A stretch of 64,000 nucleotides of DNA from Chiloscyllium plagiosum (Eukaryota), in contig NC_057720.1 of assembly GCF_004010195.1 (NCBI RefSeq), forward strand, positions 15,090,687-15,154,686. The letters are read 5' to 3'. The position numbers were made by a program, and so were the translations under genes. The notes under the pieces were generated by a model. That model had not been told where the DNA came from, did no database searches, and worked only from the letters and a program-made list of their open reading frames with translations. Shown here piece after piece: positions 13,339 to 25,559 of this stretch. The stretch's first letter is position 1. Every line of letters begins with the position of its first letter.

Positions 13339-13669
13339 TAAACGTTCCTAATGTAGTCAAAACATATGAAATTTATTCTTTATGTTACATTTGGTACTTA
13401 TTTTATACTTGAGGTCAGAAAAATAAGAGAACAAATTGTACTCCAAAGCATCCAGTGTGTTCTGCAGTTAGTTCTCCTCTAATGGTTCAGTTGATGACTG
13501 CCACACTAACAACACCACCTCAGAATTTGATTTTTGGTCTATTTCTCACCTCTGTTGGATGGGCAGCATATATGATATGGTAAAGTAGTTTTAGAATAAG
13601 AAAATGGACATGAGGCTTACTTCTGAAAGGGCACAATAGGGTAAGCTCCACTTTGTGGGGAGTTCAAAA

Positions 13670-14520
13670 TTGAGCATCACAGCAGGAGCAAGCTACTCAA
13701 CCCCTTCCAATCTGTTCATCATACAATGGGATCAAAGCTGATCTCCATCTACTTGCCATGAATTCATACCCTAACCTGTTGCAAACATCAGTCCTTCTCC
13801 GATTTAAAATTTATAAGTGAGCTAATGTCAATTACTTATTATAGTTCAGAATTTTATACTTCTACCATCCTATGTGTGGATATCTTTCCTAATTTTGAGA
13901 TTATCTCCTCCTGTACTTGACATCCCCCCCAATGGGTAGAAATGTCTCTTCCCACCCTATCAATCCCTTTCAGAATCTTAACCACAATCAAATCACCCCT
14001 AACGTCCTAGATTTGATCAAGTACAAGCCTAATTTATTCAATTCTTTCCTCATTAGCTAAGTCTTGAAGCCCTGTTAGCATTTTGATGAATTTACACTGT
14101 ACTCCTTCCAAGAACAATTCCTTCTAAGAGGGAATGCTCTGAACTGTACTTGTTACTCTAAATGCGGTGTGACCAAGATTTGGTACATGAACAAAATTTT
14201 CTTTTTAATCTTTTATAAAGAGCTGGAATATGTTTATATTGTTTATAACTTTTTAAAAAATACCTGACTATGTTTTAGTTTTTTGTGTACATGCGCCCCT
14301 ATTTAACTTTGGATCACCACTGTCCTTGTTTTTGCTATTTAAAAATACTCCTCTATCGTTTTAGACTGGTCGTAAAATGGATGACCTCATGCGTTCCTGC
14401 CTGAAATCCATCTGCCATAGTTACACCCACTCAATTGCTCAATGTCTCCTTGACATGTTATGCTCCTGTCTGCACTACTTGCTATATCAGCAACCTTTGT
14501 GTCTCATTGCCAATCTTGGG
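13670..14520 (-). mobile_element. Old, diverged CR1 LINE
   Basis: Decayed similarity to the reverse complement of CR1 3' coding region and UTR (compare 44597-45480). Confidence 0.55.
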
Positions 14521-14751
14521 TAATTAGGTTATTAGATACAATTTAGACAGTACAAGTCAAAATTCTAAACAGGTATATTTCTTCGCATAAGGTTGCAATA
14601 TTGAACATACTACTAAATGGAGTTCTTGAGGCTAAAAAGGTTTCAGAAGAGCATTGAATGGAGAAAGGATATGGTGATAAGCTGTTCTTTATTTTCATCC
14701 ATGCAATATGGGCATCCTCGCAAACCCAGCATTTGTTGCCCATCCCAAATT

Positions 14752-15050
14752 GGAGAGGCGATGACCTAGTGGGATTATCACTGGACTGTTAATCCAGAAA
14801 CCTAGATAATGTCCTGGGGACCCAGAGTCGAATCCTGCCACAGCAGATTGTGGAATGTGAAATCAATTAAAAATAAAATCTAGAGATAACAGTCTAATGA
14901 ATCTGTTATCTATTGTCAGAAAGACTCATCTGGTTCACTACCATCCTTACCTGGTCTGGCCTACATGTGACTTCACACCCACAGCAATGTGATTGACTCT
15001 CAACAACCCTCTGGGCACTTAGGGGTGGACAATAAAAGCCTTATCCTATG
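14752..15050 (+). mobile_element. tRNA-headed SINE with a LINE-derived 3' tail
   Basis: A-box-like GATGACCTAGTGG, B-box-like AGTCGAATCC; tail CCTTACCTGGTCTGGCCTACATGTGACT...AATAAA. Related copies at 27005-27325 and 35085-35330. Confidence 0.65.
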
Positions 15051-15069
15051 AAGGAATAAAAAAATTACC

Positions 15070-16460
15070 TGGAAAAAGTGGTGGTGATCTGCTGCCTTGA
15101 ACCATTGCAATTCATTTTGTGTAGGTACAGCCACAGTGCTGTCAGGAATGGAATTCCAGGATTCTGAATCACTGACACTGTACTGGTAATTCCACTTCAG
15201 GGTGTAATGTGTGCCTTTAAAAGGAACTTGCAAATGATGATATTTCACTGCCTGCTTATCTTGTCTTTGAAGTGGTTGAGATCATGGGTTTAGAAAGTAC
15301 TCTCTTGGGAAGCAAAGTCAGTTGCTACACACTTCTGCCACTGCATTCCTGGTGAAGGGAGTAAATGTTTAAGGTGTTGGATGCGGTGCCAATAATTGGG
15401 TTGTTTGGTTCTTGTGTTGAACTTCTTCTGTGTTGTTTGATCTTCACTGTTCCAGACACTCAACACACTACTGATATGTTGCTTGTAGATGGTGGACTCT
15501 TCTTATTTTGGGGAGTCAGGAGGTGAGGTATTTGCCACAGAATTCCAATACCCTAACCTTCTTCAGGGCTTATGCCCGAAAAGTCGATTCTCCTGCTCCT
15601 TGGATGCTGCCTGACCTGCTGCGCTTTTCCAGCAACACATTTTTCAGCTCTGATCTCCAGCATCTGCAGTCCTCACTTTCTCCTGTCCCTAGTTGTCCTT
15701 GAGAGGGTGGTGGTGAGCTGCCTTATTGAACCGCTGCAGTTCACCTGCTTTGGTTGACCCACAAGGAAATTCCAGGATTTTGACCCCCAACAATGATGTA
15801 ATAGTGATGTATTTCCAAGTCAGAATGGTGAGTGACATGGAGGGGAACTTTAAGGTAGTGGTGTTCCCATGTATCTGCTTCCATTGTCCTTCTAGATGGA
15901 AATTGTCATGGGTTTGGAAGATGCTGTCTGAGGATCTTTGGTGAATTTCTGCAGTGCATCTTGTAGATCGTACACACTGCTGTTACTGAGGATCAGTGTT
16001 GGAAGGAATGGATATCAGTGGATGTGGTGCCAATCAAGTGGGCTGCTTTGTCCTGGATGGTGCCAAGCTTTTTGAGTGTTGTTGGGGCTGCAGTCATCCA
16101 GATAAGTGAAGAGTATTCCATCATAATCCTGACTTGTTCCTTGTAGATAGTGGACAGGCTTTTGGTGGGGGGTGGTGAGGAGGTGAGTTACCTGCCGTAG
16201 TATTCCTAGTCTGTGACCTGCTTTTGTAGCCGCTGTGTCTATGTGGTGTGTCCAGTTGAGTTTCTGGTCAATGGTAACCCCCTGAATGGTGTCCAGGTCT
16301 TGCTAGGTGTGGATGTGGACTGCATCAGTATCTGAGGAGTTATGAATGATGCTGAAGCTTTATGCAATCACCAGTAAACCTCTCTACTCTGACTTTTGAA
16401 CGAGAGCCTGTTGAAGGAGCAGTTGAGGGTGGTAGGGCTTAGGACACTGCTCTGAGCTGC
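15070..16460 (-). mobile_element. L2/CR1-group LINE 3' fragments (at least two copies)
   Basis: Minus strand encodes decayed IQDKAAHLIG..VCTIYKMHCRNSP; the same family recurs at 31205-31524, 35335-36960, 43945-44310 and 56550-56960. Confidence 0.7.
15563..15684 (+). mobile_element. PLE family B pLTR 3' end with partial hammerhead
   Basis: GGGCTTATGCCC-GAAAAGTCGAT...CTCCAGCATCTGCAGTCCTCACTTTCTCC; near-identical to the reverse complement of 21197-21312. Confidence 0.8.
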
Positions 16461-17154
16461 AGCAAGCAGAGCGGAGGTTAATGTGAAGCAACGCACAGCA
16501 GCATTGACCTTTAGAGACATATGGTTTGTTTCTGCACTGTAACTAGCATGTGGCATGACAATTTAATAAATTACGTCGCTTTCACTGCAGAAACACACAA
16601 CTTAGCCTAAATGGTCTGTTAGCCTTTAATCCTCTACACAGCTGCCTTTCACAGTAGTAATTTAATCCTACATGTTTTCTCCCTTGTGTACCTGTTTAGT
16701 TTATGTACCTAATTTAATGCTTTTCACCTTGGCCATTTTAGTGGGGGAAGTTTCAATTCTAAACACACTCAAGGCAAACAGGTTTCTACGGAATTCTTTA
16801 CCGGTGACCAACTCATCTTTAAGACCCTTAGTTTTGTACCCCTTTCCACTGCTACATTGAGGCTCCATATCGAGCCTATTAAACCTTATCATCATTTTAA
16901 AAGCCAACCTATCCAGCCTTTCCTGATAGTAACTTCCTTGTGGGTAACACCACAATAAACTGCACACATGACGAATGGACATTATATTAGTCTTGATCCT
17001 GAATGTGCCCATCTCACATACATTGGCAACTCTCATTGTCTAGGCCGATGCATGACATTAACCCTCATTGTTATTTAGAAAGTATTTAAATATGTCCTTG
17101 CACATGGCAGACTAAGGGCCAAGTGCTGGAAAATGGGTGCTGGGTTTTGAATAG

Positions 17155-17305
17155 AATTATAGAATCCCTACAGTATGGAAGCAGGCCATTCGGCCCATTA
17201 AGTCCACAATGACCTTCCAAAGAGCATCCACACCCAAGCCCCTCCCCTCCAATCCCAGTAACCCTGCGTTTCCCATGGATAATCCACGTAGCCTACACAT
17301 CCCTG
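17155..17305 (-). mobile_element. HE1-like SINE 3' fragment
   Basis: ATCCCTACAGTATGGAAGCAGGCCATTCGGCCC matches the 3' ends of the HE1 copies at 32053 and 56102. Confidence 0.7.
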
Positions 17306-18805
17306 GGTTGTTAGGTGGTTGTTTCTGAATGGCGCAGATTAGATGGGCCAAAGGGCTTTTTTTTCCCCCCTGCGTTGCAAACCTCTGTGACTTTATTAAA
17401 CACGATGCGTTTGAAGTCACGTTGAGCGAGATACAGTCCCTGAAATCCCCAGACGAGGTGGTGGGGCCAGAGTCTCAGTTTCAAAGTATTTACTTTTCGT
17501 GAATCTCTTCCAGTCAAGAACTGTAACTTCATTCTGGTTTCGAACAGTCGAGTTGCGGTCTTGAGCCTCCTGTTATCCGTGTGTAAATGTGGGCTCAGGG
17601 AAATTATTTGTCAGACACCCTCTCAGGGTGCTTGGGGAGGGGAAAGGCGAAGTTACCATTGCTAATCATTTGGCAAAGCCAGTGAGAGAGAGAGGAATCG
17701 TGAGCAGGAGTTAACGCAGCACTCGGTACCAATTCACAACACGGACTGGAGTTAGAAACTGACGAAGGGCAAAAGATGGAGCAGTTTGTGGGAATGTGGT
17801 ACGTCCTACAATGCACCGTTTCATTTCTACTCCGCTTCATTTCCAGTCCGGATTTCACAGGCTGATTCCCACTCGGGGAACCTTTAGAATCACCGGCCCC
17901 CGATTGAATTTCTTCGAACTCTCTCGAAGGATTAAAACTCAAATCGTCTAATCGCATTGGGTTAGCCCGCAGTTGTTGTGCCTTTTATCAGTCGTGTTGG
18001 ATCGCATCTGGCGGTTTTGTTTTGTAAGATTAAAAAAAAGTGTTCCCCTTGAGAGGGAAATCCTTGCCAGGTCACACGGAAACATAGTGGCGGCACTTAT
18101 GAAGATCTCCCAGGTTGGTCAGGGATTTGCACAATTTGTGTACAGTTGTATTTATTTAGTTTTTTTTATTTAAAGACATACAGGCAATTTGGATGTAAAT
18201 AAGGCTCTTCCGTTTGGAGAAAATGGACAATAGAGTTGTTTGCAATTATCAATGTTAAGGCGTTTTAAAAAAAATGAAATTAAGCTTATGAGGTAACGCT
18301 GAGGCAATGACTCAGTGGCGTGTTGTGTGTGTATAAACCTGCATTGGTTAGGGGCTTCCAGGCCTGATTATTAACTTCGAGCTCCATCTCCTTTACATGT
18401 TGCCACTGTCAGCTTAAATATCTCTGTATGCATTTTATTTTGCGTTATCCTTACTGGCCGGCCTGTGCAATGAGCTTTCCTTATCCCTCGTACTCTAGTG
18501 TAAAGCACCCCTCCCGTTTACAATGCTGGGAATCATGATGGAAAATGGGTGTTATTTAATTGGCTGTAGAATTATTATCCCAAGTGCACTGACCGAAGTT
18601 TTGGTACCAATCCCTCGTTAATAGGGCCCCCTCCCCTCCTCCGGCTGATCCGTTATCCAGTAATTCGTCTCATGACCTAACCACTCCGTCCAAGTAGAAT
18701 AACACAAGGGGATTGCATTAGACGGCTCCTCTGATGTTCACGCATCCGAGTGAAAGGTGAATGACACGCTCACCTAAAAATGAACGTTGGGGGGGAAATA
18801 GCCAC

Positions 18806-18884
18806 GATTTGGAGGAGCCCGTGTTGGACAAAGTTTAAAAATTACACAACAGCCAGGTTCCAAATAAACCTGTTGGATTATAAA
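18806..18884. mobile_element. Degenerate PLE family A mini inverted insertion
   Basis: Inverted tail GATTTGGAGGAGCCCGTGTTGGAC..AAAATTACACAAC followed by the sense piece CCAAATAAACCTGTTGGATTATAA. Confidence 0.65.
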
Positions 18885-19644
18885 CTATATATATATATAT
18901 AAAATAGATTTGACAGTCTGAGCCCTGGGGGCGATGGTGTCGAACAGTCTCAATCTAAACACTCAACAGCGGCAGCCAACATCCGCCCTGAGCAATTTGA
19001 GTCTTTGTGTATCTTGTTATTGTCATCAGCGAACAAACATCGTGGCAGCGGGGGGAGAGAGAGAACGCATGTTCCTTTTAACTTCTGGTGCATTTCAATA
19101 ATATTGCCTTGAATATTGAAAGCATTTTGTGTGTGTAAGAGAGAGGTGGTTATTGCAATCTATCTCTGCACATAAAGTTGATTATTTGTTCCCTCAAGAA
19201 ACATTTGCCTTGGGGGTGGGGGGAGAGTATGGGGTAAATAACACAATGCCCCTTGCATTACACGCAGCCCCAGTTTGCTACAGTAACTAGCCACTGCACT
19301 GGAAAATACTGCTTTCTACTCAGAACGCTTTCCTCGCTCTCTTTGAGATTACACCAAACGTGGCAGAAGCCGGTCGGTTCCGACTGAAACAGGTTCTGAC
19401 TAGTCAAACCGCGCCTGCCAGCCAATCCGAGAATTGAGCCTTTAAAAAAAATATATAAAAAAACACAATCCCCCCCCTCCCCATTCAAAGAAAAAAAGTA
19501 CAACTTGGGACTCGAAAGGAAAGAAAAGCTCAATAATGGTTCCGACCTAGAAATAAAACAGATTTCAGCAATAATTAGAAAAAAAAATGTTTATGAAAGT
19601 GGTGCCTCTTTGTGTCACGTTAGATAATAAGGAAGCGCGTGTGT

Positions 19645-19740
19645 TTTATATAAAATCTCCCCCACAGTTGCTTAATGCGCTTTAGTGATTTTTGTCTGTG
19701 TGAATAGGAAGTAAACAGGGACTCAGCGTCATAAAAAGCG
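19645..19740 (+). promoter_or_regulatory. Candidate core promoter
   Basis: TATATAAAA 19647-19655; overlapping ETS GGAAGT and FOX GTAAACA 19707-19717; half-CRE CGTCA 19727-19731; TATA-like CATAAAAA 19730-19737. Confidence 0.5.
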
Positions 19741-19754
19741 GCGGCAGCAGCTGC

Positions 19755-19980
19755 AAGAGAAAGGGGCGAGAATGGATTTAGTCACCCGCCTCCTCTTGGC
19801 TCTCTCACACGGGAGGGGAGCGCTCCGCTCCGGGTAGAGAGAGAGAGAGAGAGAGAGACTTCATTCACTCCCTCCCTCCCTCAGAGCACACACAGGGGGG
19901 GAGAGTGAGAGAGGGACGCGGGGGGGAAACCGATAGAGAGACAGCGACAACTCCTCGCCACTGCCCTGCCCGGCCACTCG
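19755..19980 (+). other. Probable non-coding first exon of an unidentified gene (start approximate)
   Basis: GC-rich and (GA)n-rich segment downstream of a TATA-like box, ending at CG|GTAAGT (consensus donor, GT at 19981). Confidence 0.65.
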
Positions 19981-21191
19981 GTAAGTACATGGCCAAGACT
20001 GCAGAGAAATGTTTGCTGTAGCCGTCTCTGTCTATTGTGGTTCCATTGCAGCATCAAAGCCGGCTGGCTCCACCGCTCATCTTAAACTGTTAGTCTACCA
20101 GCCCCTTTCATAGCTTTTTGGGGGACGTGTGTTTGGGGACTGGAAGTCTGGACAAGGGAGGTGGGAAAGGGAGAGAAGAAGCTCTGCTTTTAGATGGGGA
20201 TTGAGTTTCAGTGTCTGTTCATGGCGGTTGTAGCAATGTGGATGGAGCCTGCAGTGAGCTTGATACCGCTCTCTCTCTCTCCAGTAGCTTTCACAGTCAC
20301 ATTTTAACCAATCGAGCGGGGATTACAGTCTGACCTAAAGAGCGAATTGCATCATATTTTGCTGATTAAGGAGAAAAAGTGTCAGCCGGTTTAATGCAGT
20401 TGAGTTTTGATGAGGTTTCGCTTTTTTTTTAAACTTGACTTTCGTCGAGTTTTTTAAGGTAGGAAATTTTTGGGGGTGAAATTTCAGGCTTAGGGTAGAA
20501 TGACATTGAGTACTTGAAGTGGTTTTGGTTTTGTATCACCACCGGGTAGCGTTAACTTGCAACTTTTTGACAAAATGTACATTAATCCGTATTACTATCG
20601 CAAAAAGAAACAATTTGCCAGACCCATGCAAAACTTAGGGTGGCGAATTGTGTGTTCTCAAGTTGAGAAGTTGTTACAATATAGTCCTGACCAGTTTATT
20701 TTCCTCGGATTTTTTTTCCTCTTAAGGCTGAGACAATGTCTTGCCTTCATGATGTGAAACTTAACATCTTCAAGTATTCCTGTACGTTCAATGATGTACA
20801 ATAGCCACATTGTAATTCAGTTACTTGGTAGCACGTGTGGCTGGTTATGGGGCTGAGAATTCACGACTCTTGGAAAAATTGAGAAGCGCAAGGAAAAAAC
20901 TTGATCAGGAAGTCACTTGGCCTCATTGAACTTTGCCAAAATACTTAATTCGCACCACCTAACATCCAATGCTGTACAGGACAGGAGACTTTGCAAATAC
21001 AGAAGGCTGCCATTTGTCTGATGGTGATATTTTGGATGAGATATTTGACTTGTAGGTTACTCTTTCAAATGCCTACTTGTTGAAATAAACCTCTTACAGT
21101 TTCCATCACTGCTTCCTTAGAAAGTCTCATCCACATTGTAATAGTTGGGCCCTGTGCAGTTATTTCTTAAGGTCGATCATTGGAGGCTTCT

Positions 21192-21372
21192 TTTGAGGAG
21201 AAAGTGAGGTCTGCAGATGCTGGAGATCAGAGCTGGAAATGTGTTGCTGGAAAAGCGCAGCAGGTCAGACAGCATCCAGGGAACAGGAGAATCGACGGTT
21301 CGGGCATAAGCCCTTCTTCAGGAATCGGGCATAAGCCTGACCTGCTGCGCTTTTCCAGCAACACATTTCCAG
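21192..21372. mobile_element. PLE family B mini palindrome, 14-bp TSD CATTGGAGGCTTCT
   Basis: TSD at 21178-21191 and 21373-21386; 21231-21267 is inverted relative to 21336-21373; minus strand carries CTGAAGA-A-GGGC TTAT GCCC-GAAC. Confidence 0.88.
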
Positions 21373-21517
21373 CATTGGAGGCTTCTCCCAATAAAGCCAG
21401 TGATCCTGTACGCTGTTTAATAACCTTCTCAATCATCCTGCCACCAGCAGAGATTTGTGGCATTTAATATTTTGGATATATTAAAGGTAGGCCCTTCAAC
21501 ATTCACTGCTCAGGCTT

Positions 21518-21747
21518 GGGAGAAAGTGAGGACTGCAAATGATGGAAGTTTGAGTCAAAAAGTGTGATGCTGGAAAAGCACAGCTGGTCAGGCAGCATTC
21601 CGAGAAACAGGAGAGTCGACTATTCGAGTTTAAGGTCGTCATCAGGAATGCCGACTCTCCTGCTCCTTGGATGCTGCTTCACTGGCTGTGCTTTTCCAGC
21701 ATCACACTCTTTGACTCTGATCTCCAGCATCTGCAGTTCTCATTTTC
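21518..21747. mobile_element. PLE family B mini palindrome with tail on both arms
   Basis: About 100-bp arms, 21518-21620 versus 21650-21747; decayed CTGATGA on the minus strand at about 21640. Confidence 0.8.
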
Positions 21748-22688
21748 AACTGTCCAGTTGTAGGTTTGTCTCATCATTCCATGTACATCATACTGTTTCT
21801 ATTTTGGGATGGCTGTTCTTTTACATTTTATAACTGTTTAAAATTGTGTTGCCTAAATTGTGACAAAATGACAATTACAGTATATCAACTGTGCTGTTCT
21901 GACTAGGTAACATAATCTCTTATTTAAAAACCAGGAATCACAAAGCACACAACAGCTCTTTTTTAGCCTCTGGGAATAACAGACAAGTCTACATTTCAGA
22001 CTTGAGCCTTGCTTCAATATGGTGAAGCAAGGGATTAACAGGCTCATTTACAATCTAAAGGGAAAAGCAGGTAGCAGAAAATAACAGAGGAAAGTCGTCA
22101 TCTGAATGATTGAGAGCTGATGCAACATGTCTGTTAAGCAGTGGGGAGAAGAGGTAGATAAACAAAGAATATGTAAATAAGGCAAGTTATTGAGAGGCTT
22201 ATTTCCCCAAGGAGAAAGGAAAAAATAATGAAAAGTGCAAGACTAGGGAAGCCTACGTATCAGGATTGGAACTGAAATCATCAATAAAGTGCATTTTTGT
22301 TTTCCAACTCCAAAAGGGAGGGAACAGATTCCTGCTGCTTGCTCTCCCTGCTCACGTCCACCAGCATTTTCCTCTTGAGAGGTCCTTTTTTTTTTCTTCT
22401 CTCTCCCCATTAGCAATAAACTCTTTCTTCCAGACATTGATCTACTTAAAATTGTCAGTAATTTTTCCTTTTCATAAATAAATGGAGGGTCTTGTTCAGA
22501 TTCCTAGGCACTAAAAGTAAAATTTTAATTAGGCATTTTAAAAATATTATTCTCCATATTGCCATGATATTGAAAGTGATGGAACTATGCACCTTCCTTT
22601 GAATATTCAGTTCCCTTCATTCTAGAAAAAGGTTATTCCTCCTCCTAATATGCAAAGTTTTAATTTTGTTAATACTTAGTTCAATATA

Positions 22689-23850
22689 CCCCAGGACCTG
22701 ATCAGGTGTACCCTAGAACTCTGTGGGAAGCTGGAGAAGTGATTGATGGGCCTCTTGCTGAGATATTTGTATCATTGATAGTCACAAGTGAGGTTGGCTA
22801 ATGTGGTGCCATTGTTTAAGAAGGGTGGTAAGGACAAGCCAGGGAACTATAGACCAGTGAGCCTGACGTCAGTGGTGGGCAAGTTGTTGGAGGGAATCCT
22901 GAGGGACAGGATGTACATGTACTTGGAAAGGCAAGGACTGATTAGGGATAGTCAACATGGCTTTGTGTGTGGGAAATCATGTCTCACAAACTTGATTGAG
23001 TTTTTTGAAGAAGTAACAAAGGGGGATTGATATGGGCAGAGTGGTAGATGTGATCTATATGGACTTCAGTAAGGTGTCTGTGACCAGTGGAGTGACACAA
23101 GGATCAGTGCTGGGTTCACTACTTTTCGTCACTTATATAAATGATTTGGATGTGAACACAGGGAGGTATTAGTTAGTAAGTTTGCAGATGACGCCAAAAT
23201 TGGAGGTGTAGTGGACAGCGAAGACAGCAACAGGATCTTGATCAGATGGGCCAATGGGCTGAGAAGTGGCAGATGGAGTTTAATTTGGATAAATGCGAGG
23301 TGCTGCATTTTGGGAAAGCAAATCTTAGCAGTACTTATACACTTAATGGTAAGGTCCTAGGGAGTGTTGCTGAACAAAGAGACCTTGGAATGCAGGGTTC
23401 ATAGCTCCTTGAAAGTGGAGTCGCAGGTAGATAGGATAGTGAAAAAGGCGTTTGGTATGCTGTCCTTTATTGGTCAGAGTATTGAGTACAGGNNNNNNNN
23501 NNNNNNNNNNNNNNNNNNNNNNNNNNNNNNNNNNNNNNNNNNNNNNNNNNNNNNNNNNNNNNNNNNNCATAGGTTCAGGGTGAGAGGGGAAAGATATAAA
23601 AGAGACCTAAGGGGCAACTATTTCACACAGAGGGTGGTACATGTATGGAATGAATTGCTAGAGGAAGTGGTGGAGGTTGGTACAATTGCAACATTTAAGA
23701 GGCATTTGGATGGATAAAGGAATAGGAAGGGTTTGGAGGGATATGGGCTGGCTGCTGGCAGGTGGGACTAGGTTGGGTTGGGATATCAGGTCGGCATGGA
23801 CTGGTTGGACCAAAGGGTCTGTTTCCATGCTGTACATCTCTATGACTATA
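22689..23850 (+). mobile_element. CR1/HER1-like LINE, same young subfamily as 7630-10536, with internal deletions
   Basis: Highly similar to 8973-10536; ORF 22788-23030 is almost identical in translation. Confidence 0.92.
23493..23567. other. Assembly gap (N run) inside CR1
   Basis: 75 consecutive Ns. Confidence 0.99.
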
Positions 23851-25559
23851 TGATTTATTGCTTCTAAATGACAGTATGGAAGAAGAAAATTTTGAAAGGC
23901 AGTCATTATCTGGTGTATAAATAACTGGTAATACTGACAGTCCATGTACTTTTTTTTTATTGATGACTTCTAAGTGAAACAGCATCAATATTCAATCCAC
24001 TTATGGTATAATGTGCTGCTTTAAGCCCTAAGCAACTAAAGTAACATTTGCCCCCTTCAGTTTCTGTTTCTAAAGTAACATTTTATTACCCTTAAGTGTG
24101 AGTATCATTTAGTTTTCATATGATACCCTTTGTGAAAGGAAACTATATTTCAAACAACTCCAGCATCCTATGCACTCTTGAGTTAGAACTTTGTTAGTGG
24201 TGAGTGCATCTGGTTAATCCTTACTTCTGGCCCTGACTCCTGTATTCCACAAATATGTTTTAAAAACCACTGTTTGACCATGTCTGACTCTGTGAAATTC
24301 TCTGTCAGCTGTTTGCAATCACAATAACTTTTTTTATGCTGATTTGCTATACCATCCACAATTCACTGAAATAAGCCAATAAGAATGAATTAAACCCTGT
24401 GTTTCTCAAAGAATTGATTGATTGATTGATTAAAAAGGGGAAGTGCAGATTGCAGAGACGGTGTAGGTAAGAGGCATTGGATACTTGTGATACTAATGAA
24501 ATGTGGACGCTGAAATGGAGTGACAAGAAGGGACGAGATCAGGAACTAATACTCAGGTCAGTAAAAATTGTGGGAGCCGTATGGGGAATAGCTGAAAAGT
24601 CCTTGAAATAGTATCATTGTTTGTTGCAGAGACAGTGAAGAAATGTGATTGTGTGTAATGGACGTGGGATTGCCAGGAAGAAGAAGAGAAAGTCCTAAGG
24701 CCAGATTGAGAGATGTTGCGGCAAGAGGCTTAATGCAGTAGGATGTAAGTAGGAATGGTTAACTGCTGGGAGGAGAGCGAATAAGCAGAATTGAAGTAAC
24801 CCCAAATAAAATGAAAGAAACAAAAAGTGGAATCATTTGACTTCATCAGATAGTTACTTGTCAAGGGTGTACAATGGCAACAAGTCTGCGCACTAATGCT
24901 TTTTAACTTTCTATAGAATTATTGATGCCAAAGAAACACCAACCAAATAGGCTTTTTTTCAGGTGCTTGGAAGGGTGAAAGGCTGGTGTAATTTTTTTTT
25001 AAAAAGAAGCTTAATACTTTTGTTTGCTAACTTTTGAGCCTTTGAGCTGTAAGGTAATAGACTTTAGAATAAGTGATATAAAAATATATATGGGTTTTGA
25101 ATAAATAGCATATGTGTTTTGATCCATGTTTGAGAGGTTTAATTATTAACTTGTCAGTATTGAGACATGGTTTCATTTTACCTTGGGAATGATAGGATTT
25201 GGTGGCACTGGGTGAGTTTGATGAGCAGAGGTAAACATTGATGGGCATTAGTGTGCTTTCTGTTTAGAAGGATGAGTTTTTTTTTTGCTTGGGGTGGAAA
25301 TACATAACTAGGGAAATTTGTGAGCAGTTTGGAGATGGCGTGGTTCACAGAATCGTAGAATTGTTACGGCACAGAAAGAGGCCACTCGATCCATTGTGAC
25401 AACACTGGCTCTTCAAATGAGCATCATTACATCTTGTTCAACCTTCAGACTCAAATTCTGTAGTCGACATTCAGACATAAGGTTGAAGTTAAATGGATGA
25501 AACCATTTCTCACAGGGAAAGGAGTTAGTTTGAAACTGTTAGGAAATAGGTTATTTTAG

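Larger units (their letters stand above)
17330..20700. promoter_or_regulatory. CpG-enriched, repeat-poor promoter region
   Basis: CpG visibly denser than in the flanks; AP-1 site TGACTCA at about 18309; surrounds a first-exon-like segment. Confidence 0.7.

Noticed and set aside
17604..17957. 117-aa minus-strand ORF in the promoter block
   Set aside because: No recognisable domain; open frames of this size are expected in GC-richer DNA.
19755..19980. Assigning a gene symbol to the first exon
   Set aside because: No coding sequence is available in the window and I do not recognise the UTR; any name would be a guess.
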